Source: a virus
Taxonomy: Duplodnaviria > Caudoviricetes
Length of the DNA stretch: 24,016 nucleotides
Strand: one strand, 5' to 3'
Virus record (IMG/VR): IMGVR_UViG_3300025838_000134
Span: 1-24,016 of that record
Shown: piece after piece, positions 15,418-24,016 of the stretch
Position numbering within the stretch: the stretch's first letter is position 1
Layout of the letters: each line of letters starts with the position of its first letter
Notes under the pieces: model-generated
Seen by the model: the letters and a program-made list of their open reading frames with translations, nothing else
Told to the model about the DNA's origin: nothing
Databases searched by the model: none
Program-made: the position numbers and the translations under genes

Positions 15418-16938
15418 ATGACAACATATGCACGTCCCGGGGTATACGTTCAAGAGACGTTGAACCCAATTCAGCCAATTGCTGGAGCATCTGCTAACAC
15501 AGTCGCTGCTCTTATTGGTGCTGCTGACCGCGGCCCAACTACACCTACGCTAGTAACCTCTTGGAGCCAGTACGTAAATCTATTTGGTTCTTGGAATACT
15601 AACGCATCTAATGCCCTCCCACTCGGTGCTTATATGTACTTTGCTAACGGTGGAAACCAGGCTTATATCCTTCGTGTTCCAGGCGCTACTGCAGCCGCTG
15701 CTACACGCTCATTTAATGATACTGCTGGAACTCCTCAGCCAACACTTCGCCTAAACGCAAAAAACGTTGGTTCATGGGGTAACACACTTAACGTATCTAT
15801 TACCGCCTCAACTGTTACAGGTTACTTCAATATTATTGTGTACCTTGGTGGAAACACCGCTGGATACATTGTTGAGCAGTGGACAGACGTAACAATGAAC
15901 TCTGCAGATAGCCGTTATGCAGTTACTGTTATCAACAATAACTCAACATACTTGACAGCTACTGACCTTGCTTCAACCACAACTGCTCCAGCCAACAACC
16001 CAGCTATTGTATCTAATCAGTCACTCAGCACTGGTTCAGATGGCTCAGCGGTAACTGGATCAACAATTGTTTCTTATGCGTTTGGTAGCCCAAGCCCATT
16101 TGACACAATTACCCAGTCTTTGCTTATTAACATCCCAAGCTACACAGACGCCACAACTGTTAACGCAGCTATCTCATACGCGTCCTCAACTCGTACGGAC
16201 GGCTTTGTTGTTGTCGATGGCATTAATGACACAGCAGCTAACCAGTTAACATTAGCAGCTAGCTACACAGCAACTTCACAGGCAGCCGTTTACTACCCAC
16301 AGGTAACAATCGCTGACCCTACAGTTACTGTAGGTGCGCCTGCAGGAGCAACTAAGACACTTGGTGCTGGAGCAGCGGTTGCTGGTCTCTATGCACTAAC
16401 TGATGCAAGCCGCGGAGTATTTAAGGCCCCAGCTGGTCTTCAATCACGCCTTGCAGGGGTTGTATCTGTACCTGCTCTAAGCAATGCTGATCTTGACTCT
16501 CTTAACTCAGCAGCGGCCCCAGTTAACGCTATCCGCTACATCCCAGGTTCTGGAATCGTAGTATTTGGCGCCCGCACATTGAAGCCAGGATATGTAGACA
16601 AATATGTACCAGTACGTCGTAGCCTTATCTACATTGAGAAGAGCTTGACTGATCTCACACGCTTTGCAATCTTTGAGCCAAATGACTACCGTCTCTGGGC
16701 TCGTTTGAATGCGGCATGCAGCACATTCTTAACAACCTTCTGGTCACAGGGCGGTCTCGCAGGAGCTTCTCCAGCATCAGCGTATTTTGTTAAGTGTGAC
16801 AGCACTAACAACCCACAGTCATCTATTGATAATGGGTATGTAAATATTCAGGTTGGTGTTGCGTTGCAGCGCCCAGCTGAATTTGTAGTTATCAATATTG
16901 GCCAATACAACGGCGGCACCACCGTCACAATCGCGTAA
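15418..16938 (+). CDS. Contractile tail sheath protein
   Basis: PGVYVQE, YFANGG..AY, RGVFKAPAG, VNAIR..PG.GIVVFGARTL, YVPVRR, FEPND, PAEFVVI. Confidence 0.96.
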   Translation: MTTYARPGVYVQETLNPIQPIAGASANTVAALIGAADRGPTTPTLVTSWSQYVNLFGSWNTNASNALPLGAYMYFANGGNQAYILRVPGATAAAATRSFNDTAGTPQPTLRLNAKNVGSWGNTLNVSITASTVTGYFNIIVYLGGNTAGYIVEQWTDVTMNSADSRYAVTVINNNSTYLTATDLASTTTAPANNPAIVSNQSLSTGSDGSAVTGSTIVSYAFGSPSPFDTITQSLLINIPSYTDATTVNAAISYASSTRTDGFVVVDGINDTAANQLTLAASYTATSQAAVYYPQVTIADPTVTVGAPAGATKTLGAGAAVAGLYALTDASRGVFKAPAGLQSRLAGVVSVPALSNADLDSLNSAAAPVNAIRYIPGSGIVVFGARTLKPGYVDKYVPVRRSLIYIEKSLTDLTRFAIFEPNDYRLWARLNAACSTFLTTFWSQGGLAGASPASAYFVKCDSTNNPQSSIDNGYVNIQVGVALQRPAEFVVINIGQYNGGTTVTIA

Positions 16939-16949
16939 GGAGATAGACC

Positions 16950-17585
16950 ATGGCTAATCTAAGCACGTTCAACTCAACACTTGCCACAGATCCGCTACGC
17001 TCGTTTCGGTTCCGTGCAACCTTCTCTGCGGCTCAAGATGCAGTGTTTGATGAAAGAATCAAGACAGGAACTACAGGTGGATGGACCGGTGGTTTTACAA
17101 ACATCAGCGGTCTTCAGACCAACGTTCAGAGCATTCAGTACCGTGAAGGTGGCTACAACACCACTGTTCACCAGATGCCTGGCATGACCACTTTCACACC
17201 AGTAACCTTCACTCGTGGAGTTATTGTTGGAAATGACCAAGCAATTACTTGGATGCGCGGACTCTTCTCAGCGGCTTCTGGTTTGGGCCTAAATAACCCA
17301 GCAGTAACCAACAAGGGTTTCCGTTTGAACATCAATATCTATGTAAACCAGCACCCAACAACCGATGATCTATCTACCTCAAACGACGCTGATCAGATGG
17401 TATTTAGACTACATAACGCCTGGATCACAGGTCTAAGTTATACAGATCTAGATGCTACAAACGGAGCAATTTTGTTTGAGACAATGCAGGTAGTCCATGA
17501 GGGTATCTCAGTTGGATTTACTAGCGCAGATGGATCATTGGTTAACGGTTACGGGGCTTCCCCAGTAGCAATCGATAAGTTCTAA
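16950..17585 (+). CDS. Tail tube protein (T4 gp19-like family)
   Basis: DPLRSFRF, GF..ISGL, YREGG, PG...FTPVTFTRG, LHNAW, E...VVHEG; follows sheath. Confidence 0.92.
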   Translation: MANLSTFNSTLATDPLRSFRFRATFSAAQDAVFDERIKTGTTGGWTGGFTNISGLQTNVQSIQYREGGYNTTVHQMPGMTTFTPVTFTRGVIVGNDQAITWMRGLFSAASGLGLNNPAVTNKGFRLNINIYVNQHPTTDDLSTSNDADQMVFRLHNAWITGLSYTDLDATNGAILFETMQVVHEGISVGFTSADGSLVNGYGASPVAIDKF

Positions 17586-17607
17586 AATAAACTAAGGAGA
17601 ATAATTC

Positions 17608-18399
17608 GTGTCACAAGTAATTACCGATGCAGAACTCGTAAACAAGTTTGCTCAGCAGGCAATGGAGGAGCCGGAACAGGTCATTGAGACCAAGGCTCCT
17701 CCAGGACCTGAGGTAGAACTGCCTGGAGGCTTTATTGATAAAGGCGCTCTAGTAACTACCGTAGAAGTGCGTGAGCTAAACGGATTAGATGAAGAAGCAA
17801 TTGCTAAAGCATCTAATACTGGTAAGGCCCTTAACGTCCTTCTACAACGTGGTCTTGTAAAGATCGGATCACGGCCAGCAACTCAAGAGGACCTAGACCT
17901 CTTTCTTTCTGGTGATAGGGACGCAGTTTTAATCGGTATCCGTAGAATTACCTTTGGTGAGACCCTAGATGTAACGGCGTCTTGCCCTAACTGCGGTGTC
18001 AAACAAGCGGTATCAATTGACCTAAAAGACGATATCCCAGTAACAACTTTAAAGGACCCTGTTGCAGATAGAACTTGGCAGATAAAGCTTAAGAAGAACG
18101 TTGTAACTGTGTCCCTGCCTACAGGTATTACGCAGCGACGTTTGATGGAAAACTCAGATAAAACATCTGCAGAGCTAAGCACGATCCTGCTATCTGGATG
18201 TGTTCAGACAGTTAATGGCGCACCTTCACTAGGCGCCAGCACTGTTCTTAATCTAGGTATTGCAGACCGTGCTCAAATTGTAGAAGAGATTATGGCTCGC
18301 ACCCCAGGCCCACGCCTTGGGGAGGTGAGCAAGGTCTGTAAGGCATGTGGTGAAGGTATTTCTCTACCACTTAGTCTTGTAGATTTGTTTCGCCTATAA
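17608..18399 (+). CDS. Tail/baseplate assembly chaperone (T4 gp26-like) with two CxxC motifs
   Basis: VRELNGLDEEAI, GDRDAVLIGIRRITFG, CPNCG, CKACG...DLFRL; between tube and tape measure genes. Confidence 0.7.
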   Translation: MSQVITDAELVNKFAQQAMEEPEQVIETKAPPGPEVELPGGFIDKGALVTTVEVRELNGLDEEAIAKASNTGKALNVLLQRGLVKIGSRPATQEDLDLFLSGDRDAVLIGIRRITFGETLDVTASCPNCGVKQAVSIDLKDDIPVTTLKDPVADRTWQIKLKKNVVTVSLPTGITQRRLMENSDKTSAELSTILLSGCVQTVNGAPSLGASTVLNLGIADRAQIVEEIMARTPGPRLGEVSKVCKACGEGISLPLSLVDLFRL

Positions 18400-18544
18400 C
18401 GAGAAAGATTACGAAAACTTGTTAGATCAGTATGAGGTACTAACCCGCACCTTTACTGGCTGGACGCTAGCGGATATAAAGAACATGTCCGCTAGAGAAC
18501 GACTTAACTGGATAGAAAGATCAAAGAGAGGTAGGAGAGTCTGA
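18383..18544 (+). CDS. Short gp51/GT-like chaperone ORF (absent from ORF track); start uncertain (TTG 18419 or frameshift fusion)
   Basis: Open frame ICFAYNEKDYENLLDQYEVLTRTFTGWTLADIKNMSARERLNWIERSKRGRRV*; GWT..DI..M...ER..W motif; stop overlaps TMP ATG (TGATG). Confidence 0.7.
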   Translation: MCFAYNEKDYENLLDQYEVLTRTFTGWTLADIKNMSARERLNWIERSKRGRRV

Positions 18545-20592
18545 TGGACATTAAATCGTTCTTCGGTTTAAACGGTAACTCGTTTACCAACATCAAGAAC
18601 AGCCTCCTTGATCTAGCTAACGTCCTTGAAAACCAGATCATCCCTAAGATCCAGCGCGTAGAAAAAAGCGTTAGTAACATCGCAAAAGATGCTGCAAAGA
18701 TCAATGGCGGAGTTGGTACCGGCAACAAGCTAGCTGATAGCGGAGCTCCAACAGCTAAAGCAACGGGTGATGGCGGTACAGGCGATACTGGCGGTGGGGG
18801 CGGCAACAGAGTAGCCGATAACGGCTCCTTTGCTGCAAAGGCCGTAGCTGCCGGAATGTACGGTATGAACATTCTGCAGAACGCAATGCCTGGAGTGCCT
18901 ACGGCTGTTCAGCAAGACTTTCTAACTAATCGTGCTGCTTTCTATGGTGTTGCTGGCTTTGGAGGAACCTCAAAATCTCGAACCGATCAGATTAATGCGC
19001 TTCAACGTAAGATGGCCGCTCAAGGCACAATGCTTAATAGCATAGACTCTCTTAATGGAATTATGGCTGCGCAAAACAGTGGGCTAGGCGGAGCGACTAA
19101 CTTCAATACCGGTGTTATTAATGGCATCGATACTTTATCTAACTTGATGCCTGGACTTGGCGGACAAGGTGCGGCTGCAGTAGCCGCTAACTTTAATGCC
19201 CCAACAACAGTAAATATGGCTCGTGCAATGGGTATTAACATCCGTGGGGCTAATGGCGACATCATGGGTGTTGACAAGATCATTGATCAGCTATGGGCTT
19301 ACTTTAATAAGCCTGGCATGCCTATGCTTACGCCGGATCAAATTAAAGAGTCATGGATGCCAGGTAGATACTTCTACGAGAGCATGAACTCTTTGCTTAA
19401 CGGTGATCAGATGAGTATGCAGGCCGTGTACATTGGGTTCTTAGCTAAAGCTCGAACTGGCGGTAACATACCCGTTCAAAACATCTCGAAATCAACTTTG
19501 CAGAATCTAAACGCATCAACCGCCACAATAAATGCTATTTCAAGAAATGTAGCTGGACAGACTAATTTACTAACAAAAACAGCTTCAGGTACAGCTGGAG
19601 GCTTTGCTGCATCTCAAGATCTAGGGGTACTTGCTAACAATGCGGCCGCTTCTTTAGGTTCGTTAGGCACAGCACTAGGCGCGATAAATGGCGCTTACAC
19701 AGGCACTGCTGCTTTAGGCGGAGGTACTGGCGGAAAGATTATTAACACATTACTAGGTCTAATTGGTCTTAGAGCTGAGGGCGGCCCTGTAGGTAACAAG
19801 ATGCCGTACATTGTTGGTGAAAAAGGACCTGAACTATTTGTACCTAAGACTGATGGAACAATTGTTCCTAATCATATGCTGGGCCTTAACAGGGGCAATG
19901 GGGGCGTCATGTCTGCTGGAGGCGCTAGTGGGTTTAGTAGAGAAGATTTTGCTGCCGCAGTTATTAAAGGTTTGGGGGGAACACCTACCCCACAAAGCAT
20001 ATCTAATATGCTTATGTGGGAAGGTAAAGAGGGCGGTAACTGGAGCAATACTGCAAAGTTCAATCCGCTTAACACCAGCTACCAAGAGCAAGGATCTACT
20101 AACTTTAATACAGGTAAGTCTGGCTCAGGTGTACAAGCCTATCTTTCTTGGCAGCAAGGGATAGACGCCACAATTAAAACTTTAACTGGCGCACATGCTG
20201 CAGACCGTGGATACACAAATATTGTTAAAAGCTTAACAAGCGGCGGAGCTTCTAATGCCGACTTCTTTAAGCTAATGCAAGCTTCTTCTTGGGATGCCGG
20301 TCATTACGGTGGTTCAGGCGGGGCTTCTTCCAGCGCAACTAGCTCTCCTACAAAAATTGCATTAGACGCAGCAACTTCTAAAGCTATGGCCGCTTCACAA
20401 GCAGCCCTAGCTACATCTGCTCAAATGCTTGGGGTAGCGAACCCATCCACCACATCAACAAGCTCCCCATCTAGCAATATAAATTATAACTACGGGGGTA
20501 TCACAATTACTATCTCTGCGGCAGGTAAAGACGCTAAACAACTAGCGCAAGATCTTAAAAAAGAAATTGCTAAACAGACTGCGAGCCACTAA
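18544..20592 (+). CDS. Tape measure protein with C-terminal lysozyme-like domain
   Basis: Ala/Gly-rich helical body; RAEGGPV...YIVGEKGPELFVP motif; W..KEGG...NPLNT...GVQAY.SW.QGI.AT domain; position after chaperones. Confidence 0.85.
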   Translation: MDIKSFFGLNGNSFTNIKNSLLDLANVLENQIIPKIQRVEKSVSNIAKDAAKINGGVGTGNKLADSGAPTAKATGDGGTGDTGGGGGNRVADNGSFAAKAVAAGMYGMNILQNAMPGVPTAVQQDFLTNRAAFYGVAGFGGTSKSRTDQINALQRKMAAQGTMLNSIDSLNGIMAAQNSGLGGATNFNTGVINGIDTLSNLMPGLGGQGAAAVAANFNAPTTVNMARAMGINIRGANGDIMGVDKIIDQLWAYFNKPGMPMLTPDQIKESWMPGRYFYESMNSLLNGDQMSMQAVYIGFLAKARTGGNIPVQNISKSTLQNLNASTATINAISRNVAGQTNLLTKTASGTAGGFAASQDLGVLANNAAASLGSLGTALGAINGAYTGTAALGGGTGGKIINTLLGLIGLRAEGGPVGNKMPYIVGEKGPELFVPKTDGTIVPNHMLGLNRGNGGVMSAGGASGFSREDFAAAVIKGLGGTPTPQSISNMLMWEGKEGGNWSNTAKFNPLNTSYQEQGSTNFNTGKSGSGVQAYLSWQQGIDATIKTLTGAHAADRGYTNIVKSLTSGGASNADFFKLMQASSWDAGHYGGSGGASSSATSSPTKIALDAATSKAMAASQAALATSAQMLGVANPSTTSTSSPSSNINYNYGGITITISAAGKDAKQLAQDLKKEIAKQTASH

Positions 20593-21686
20593 TGACACCA
20601 CTACCACCAGTAACTTTAACAACAAAATCAGGAAAGATTAGTCTGTTGCCAGCAGATTTAAAAAAACTGAGCCCGCAAGTAGCACATTCTTTACAAGAAG
20701 CTGTAGCCGTAAATAAAGCTCTACATATAAATACATCAACGCCTGTTCAAATTTCTGGCTTTGCTGGGTTCTATGACATTAACAATATTGTATATGCTGC
20801 TAATAAAAAACTACAAGACCCTAACTTTACCCCTCCTAGTACTAAGAATGGTGGGGCGCCTCAAGTACCAGTAGTACCTACTAACAATACTCCAACCAAT
20901 ATTAAGTTTAATCTTGCCCCTCACAAATGGAGCATGCCAACAAATCAAAAGTTATTTAATACAAGCTCTGATAGTCAAACTCAAGCGGATCAGAGCGTTC
21001 GTAGAGCTAGAATGTGGTGTTATCTTGGAGCAAGCGACTCTAACTACGCTACTGCAACTCAATCAGGATCTACCCAAGCAGGAGTTGTTGCTGGTGGAAC
21101 TAACGTATCTAAGAGTTTAGATACTCAGTGGGGCTTTCAGTTCTTATGGAACCCTACTCAGATTGGGACTTCTGTACAACGAAACGCCAATTTGGTTCCA
21201 CAAGCTATGGATGCTTGGGCTGGTAGAGCTCCGCTATTTCCGGGAACAGAGGCGCTGTCATTTGTAGCTATTATTAACAGAGTTAATGATTTTGCCTGTT
21301 TTAAAGCTTATCCTGATCAAGCCCCATACCATGCAGAAATGTACCCTAAGTCTGCGGGAGCAGGCAATAACACATCAGCTCTTATTAAAGATTTAATGCT
21401 AAAAGGCACCATGGCCGACATTGAGTTTATCTTTAAAATGATTAATGGTGATGGTGCAAACGGCGCTACTTGGACAAATGTTTTGGGAAGAAAAACAGCC
21501 GACATTAACTTCTTAGCGCCAACACCAGTAGCTGTACAGTTTGGTCCAAATGCTGACAGTCTTTCATACGTGGGTTGGGTTGAAAGCATTTCTGTATCTC
21601 ATCAGATGTTTACTGAGGATATGATTCCAGTTCATTCTGAGGTAACTATTAATATGTCCACCTACTCTCAAAGTTCTCTTAAGTAA
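20592..21686 (+). CDS. Putative baseplate tail-tube initiator protein
   Basis: GFQFLWNP..I, V.FG...YVGWVESISVSH.MFTEDMIP..SEVTI tube-like pattern; between TMP and LysM-like gene. Confidence 0.6.
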   Translation: MTPLPPVTLTTKSGKISLLPADLKKLSPQVAHSLQEAVAVNKALHINTSTPVQISGFAGFYDINNIVYAANKKLQDPNFTPPSTKNGGAPQVPVVPTNNTPTNIKFNLAPHKWSMPTNQKLFNTSSDSQTQADQSVRRARMWCYLGASDSNYATATQSGSTQAGVVAGGTNVSKSLDTQWGFQFLWNPTQIGTSVQRNANLVPQAMDAWAGRAPLFPGTEALSFVAIINRVNDFACFKAYPDQAPYHAEMYPKSAGAGNNTSALIKDLMLKGTMADIEFIFKMINGDGANGATWTNVLGRKTADINFLAPTPVAVQFGPNADSLSYVGWVESISVSHQMFTEDMIPVHSEVTINMSTYSQSSLK

Positions 21687-21698
21687 GGAGTACCAACT

Positions 21699-21977
21699 AT
21701 GACAATTTATACTGGCTCTAGATACGAGTACTCTACTATTGACTTTGTATCTAAAACTACTAATGGACCTGACAATCCTATTGTTTTTTACTCTACCTAC
21801 AATATTAACCCATTAAACTACTATGAACACGCGTACGTTGCCGGTGAAAGATTAGACCAGATCTCAACTAAATACTACAAGACTCCGTTTCTATGGTGGT
21901 TAATAGCCGAGGTTAACCCTAAAGTAGACTTTACAAACATACCCGCAGGCACAGTACTTAGGATAGCTAATGTTTAA
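21699..21977 (+). CDS. LysM-like baseplate protein (P2 gpX / T4 gp53-like)
   Basis: GERLDQIS.KYY..P.LWWLIAEVNP...IPAGTVLRI. Confidence 0.85.
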   Translation: MTIYTGSRYEYSTIDFVSKTTNGPDNPIVFYSTYNINPLNYYEHAYVAGERLDQISTKYYKTPFLWWLIAEVNPKVDFTNIPAGTVLRIANV

Positions 21978-23313
21978 TTACATTACTGTTTCTTTTCCTA
22001 ATACCACTTTGCCCCCGGCACGCGTTTATGACTTAAGCTTAAAGCAAAATAGGTACCAACACGAAGTTGCAACCATCCAGTTTCGTGACTGGGGCGTTGA
22101 CTACGACAACGTAAGCTCCGGATCGCCAATATCCTTTACCATTAATAATGGATTAGAGTCCAAAGTTTTTATTGGCTACATAGACCATGTAACCACACAA
22201 AATGAGCCTGGGTCTAACCTAACTGAAGTGGTAGCTATAAGCTCCTCATACGTCTTTAAAAACGAATCTCAAAAAGTGTATAAAGGACTGTCAGCAGATG
22301 CAATTATTCAGCAGATTGCGGCTAAGCATAGCTTCTCTTGTTATGCCATCCCACACCCAAGAGTGTATCCACAAGTGTCTCAAGCTGGCCACACTGACTG
22401 GGAGTTCTGCGTTAGATTAGCGAAGCAAAGCGGCTATTCTCTAAGAACAGAAGGTACAGAGATCTATTTTCAGCCCATGATGTACGACTACACACAGCGT
22501 AGGTCACAAGCAAAGAAGTTCACAATGCGAAGCCAGGCTAACCCAAGCGGATCTAACTTGTACTCTTTTTACCCTGTAATTGGCGAGAGCATTGACCATG
22601 AGGGGGATAAAAAAGCCGCTATCTCTGTATCAGGTGTTGATCTAAACACTTCTTCACCTGTAGCAATAGTAAATCAAAAAAGAAATAAGAACACCAGGCT
22701 TAATAGCAAAGCAGAGTTCTTTGATAAGTTCCAAACTCATGTGGTTGCGCTTGACTCTCAAGTAGCTAATTATGAGGCTAAAGCCGCGGACGATAGAGCT
22801 GTATTTCCTTATAGAGCCGTGGCTGAAGTAATAGGTGACCCTTCTTTACGCCCAGATCTACCTGTGTACCTTGACGGACTTGGCAATAACTACTCAGGGT
22901 ATTGGGTTATCTTAGGTACAGAGCACGTAATTGTAGAAGAGTCTAGAAATGTATTTAAGTACACAACGTTACTTCATTTAGGCACAGACTCTCTTGGACC
23001 CGCGGTTAAGTGGACAGATGGCGCTTTGATTAGCTCCCCTGATTACGCCCCATCTAGAACAATTATCCCTGGGGTGCGCCAAACAAATAAACCACCTACC
23101 TCAGCTTTAAGAAGAACATCTATTGCGTATTCCCCAGCCGCTAATGGCCAGTTTAGTGCGGCAAAGAACAAGCCGCTTCCTTTGTTAAACAAGCAGCCTA
23201 TTAAAGGCCCAACGTGGGCTGCCTCTAAGCCGGCTGTACAGTCAGCCACTCAGCCAAATACAAGCTCTTCTTCTTACACTAAACGCCTACTTACAAAGGT
23301 ACCTAAGCCATGA
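21970..23313 (+). CDS. Baseplate hub protein (phage late control D / gp27-like)
   Basis: IIQQIA.KH, Q.GHTDWEFC.RLAKQ.G, GDPSLRP..PVYLDGLG..YSG.W.I....H. Confidence 0.85.
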   Translation: MFNYITVSFPNTTLPPARVYDLSLKQNRYQHEVATIQFRDWGVDYDNVSSGSPISFTINNGLESKVFIGYIDHVTTQNEPGSNLTEVVAISSSYVFKNESQKVYKGLSADAIIQQIAAKHSFSCYAIPHPRVYPQVSQAGHTDWEFCVRLAKQSGYSLRTEGTEIYFQPMMYDYTQRRSQAKKFTMRSQANPSGSNLYSFYPVIGESIDHEGDKKAAISVSGVDLNTSSPVAIVNQKRNKNTRLNSKAEFFDKFQTHVVALDSQVANYEAKAADDRAVFPYRAVAEVIGDPSLRPDLPVYLDGLGNNYSGYWVILGTEHVIVEESRNVFKYTTLLHLGTDSLGPAVKWTDGALISSPDYAPSRTIIPGVRQTNKPPTSALRRTSIAYSPAANGQFSAAKNKPLPLLNKQPIKGPTWAASKPAVQSATQPNTSSSSYTKRLLTKVPKP

Positions 23314-23801
23314 TGAACGAAGACAAGCGATTTTATGGGATATACCAAGGGATCTGCACTAACAATGAAGACCCAGACAAACTGTACAAAATAAAATTAC
23401 AAATACCTCAAGTCCTAGGAACAGAAGAAACGGACTGGGCTCTTCCATGCCTACCAGTTACATCTGATGCCGAACACTTAGATCATAAAGCGCATACGGC
23501 CGCTCAAGTAGCAGCCTTATTAACAACGTCGTCTACCTCTGTAAGTGGCTCGGATCCACAGGGGGGATCTGTATCTATAACTATCCCGGCTTTAACCGTT
23601 GTGGCCAAGGGCGGCGCTGGTACATTAGCTCACCCGCACGTCACAAGCGCAGACCCGCTAGACACAGATGGATCAGAGATTGGCCTAACCGCCGCTGAGC
23701 ACACGTATCACCGTAAGGTGCCAAATGTCGGTCAACAAGTTTGGGTCATGTTTATAGCCGGAGACCCTAACTTTCCAGTATGGATGGGAGTACAACTATG
23801 A
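23310..23801 (+). CDS. Baseplate spike, gp5/gpV N-terminal OB-fold with His-rich insertion
   Basis: FYGIYQG....N.DP....KIKLQIPQV, WALPC, VP.VGQ.VWVMF..GDPNFPVWMG. Confidence 0.85.
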   Translation: MMNEDKRFYGIYQGICTNNEDPDKLYKIKLQIPQVLGTEETDWALPCLPVTSDAEHLDHKAHTAAQVAALLTTSSTSVSGSDPQGGSVSITIPALTVVAKGGAGTLAHPHVTSADPLDTDGSEIGLTAAEHTYHRKVPNVGQQVWVMFIAGDPNFPVWMGVQL

Positions 23802-24016
23802 GTAAAGCTATAGCTTTGCCGTTTTCTTTTGACGCTAATGGAGCGGTCAACAACACTCAAGACCCTAAGAAGGTACTTCAAGATCGAATTGCGTTAGTAG
23901 TAATGACTTATTTGGGTGAGCGTGTTAACCGACCTAACTTTGGCTCTAACATAAAGGCAGTCTCTTTTGAGAACATGACAGAGGCAGCTCAGCTTATAAA
24001 GCAAGAGGTTGCTGTG
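23798..24016 (+). CDS. Baseplate wedge protein, gp25/gpW-like (3'-truncated)
   Basis: Manual translation MSKAIALPFSFD...VMTYLGERVNRPNFGS...; T..GER..RP.FGS signature; ATGA overlap. Confidence 0.88.
   Translation, partial: MSKAIALPFSFDANGAVNNTQDPKKVLQDRIALVVMTYLGERVNRPNFGSNIKAVSFENMTEAAQLIKQEVAV

Noticed and set aside
620-23249. Alternative-frame and antisense ORFs in the track (e.g. 620..877, 2661..2948, 3294..3677, 9422..9697, 10784..11170, 13660..14178, 18504..18872, 23043..23249)
   Set aside because: They overlap well-supported genes, lack RBSs, and their odd compositions (Leu-, His/Arg- or Phe-rich) are shadows of low-complexity coding in the real frame.
14742-24016. Bacterial tailocin/eCIS locus rather than a phage
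   Set aside because: Single sheath and tube, neck-like genes, phage-style fibre array and no bacterial housekeeping genes, AAA ATPase or toxin cargo in view. Not fully excludable without capsid genes.
1-24016. tRNA genes, CRISPR arrays, integrase/transposase, stop-codon recoding
   Set aside because: Intergenic gaps are too short and show no cloverleaf or spaced direct repeats; genes tile normally with TAA, TAG and TGA all used as stops.

Overview
A gene-dense, almost entirely + strand segment of a tailed phage with a contractile (myovirus-type) tail. An actinobacterial host is inferred from leaderless promoters with TAnnnT -10 boxes. Positions 1-12.3 kb hold an array of virion appendage/adhesin-like genes: Fn3-like stalks, three tandem paralogous beta-domains, glycine-rich adhesins each with a small partner gene, a proline-free collagen and small beta-sandwich proteins. 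A four-gene sugar-related island (cupin, beta-propeller glycosidase-like protein, TPR protein, FkbM methyltransferase) interrupts this array. Positions 13.1-14.2 kb hold seven tiny, coupled, Lys-rich ORFs, mostly missed by the ORF track; two begin with an MCxxCGC motif, and the block ends in a strong terminator. Positions 14.3-24 kb are the tail/baseplate operon: completion/terminator proteins, sheath, tube, gp26-like and gp51-like chaperones with a candidate +1 frameshift, tape measure protein with a lysozyme-like domain, baseplate proteins, hub, an unusual short spike and a gp25-like wedge (truncated). All functional calls are from motif recognition by eye, not database searches.
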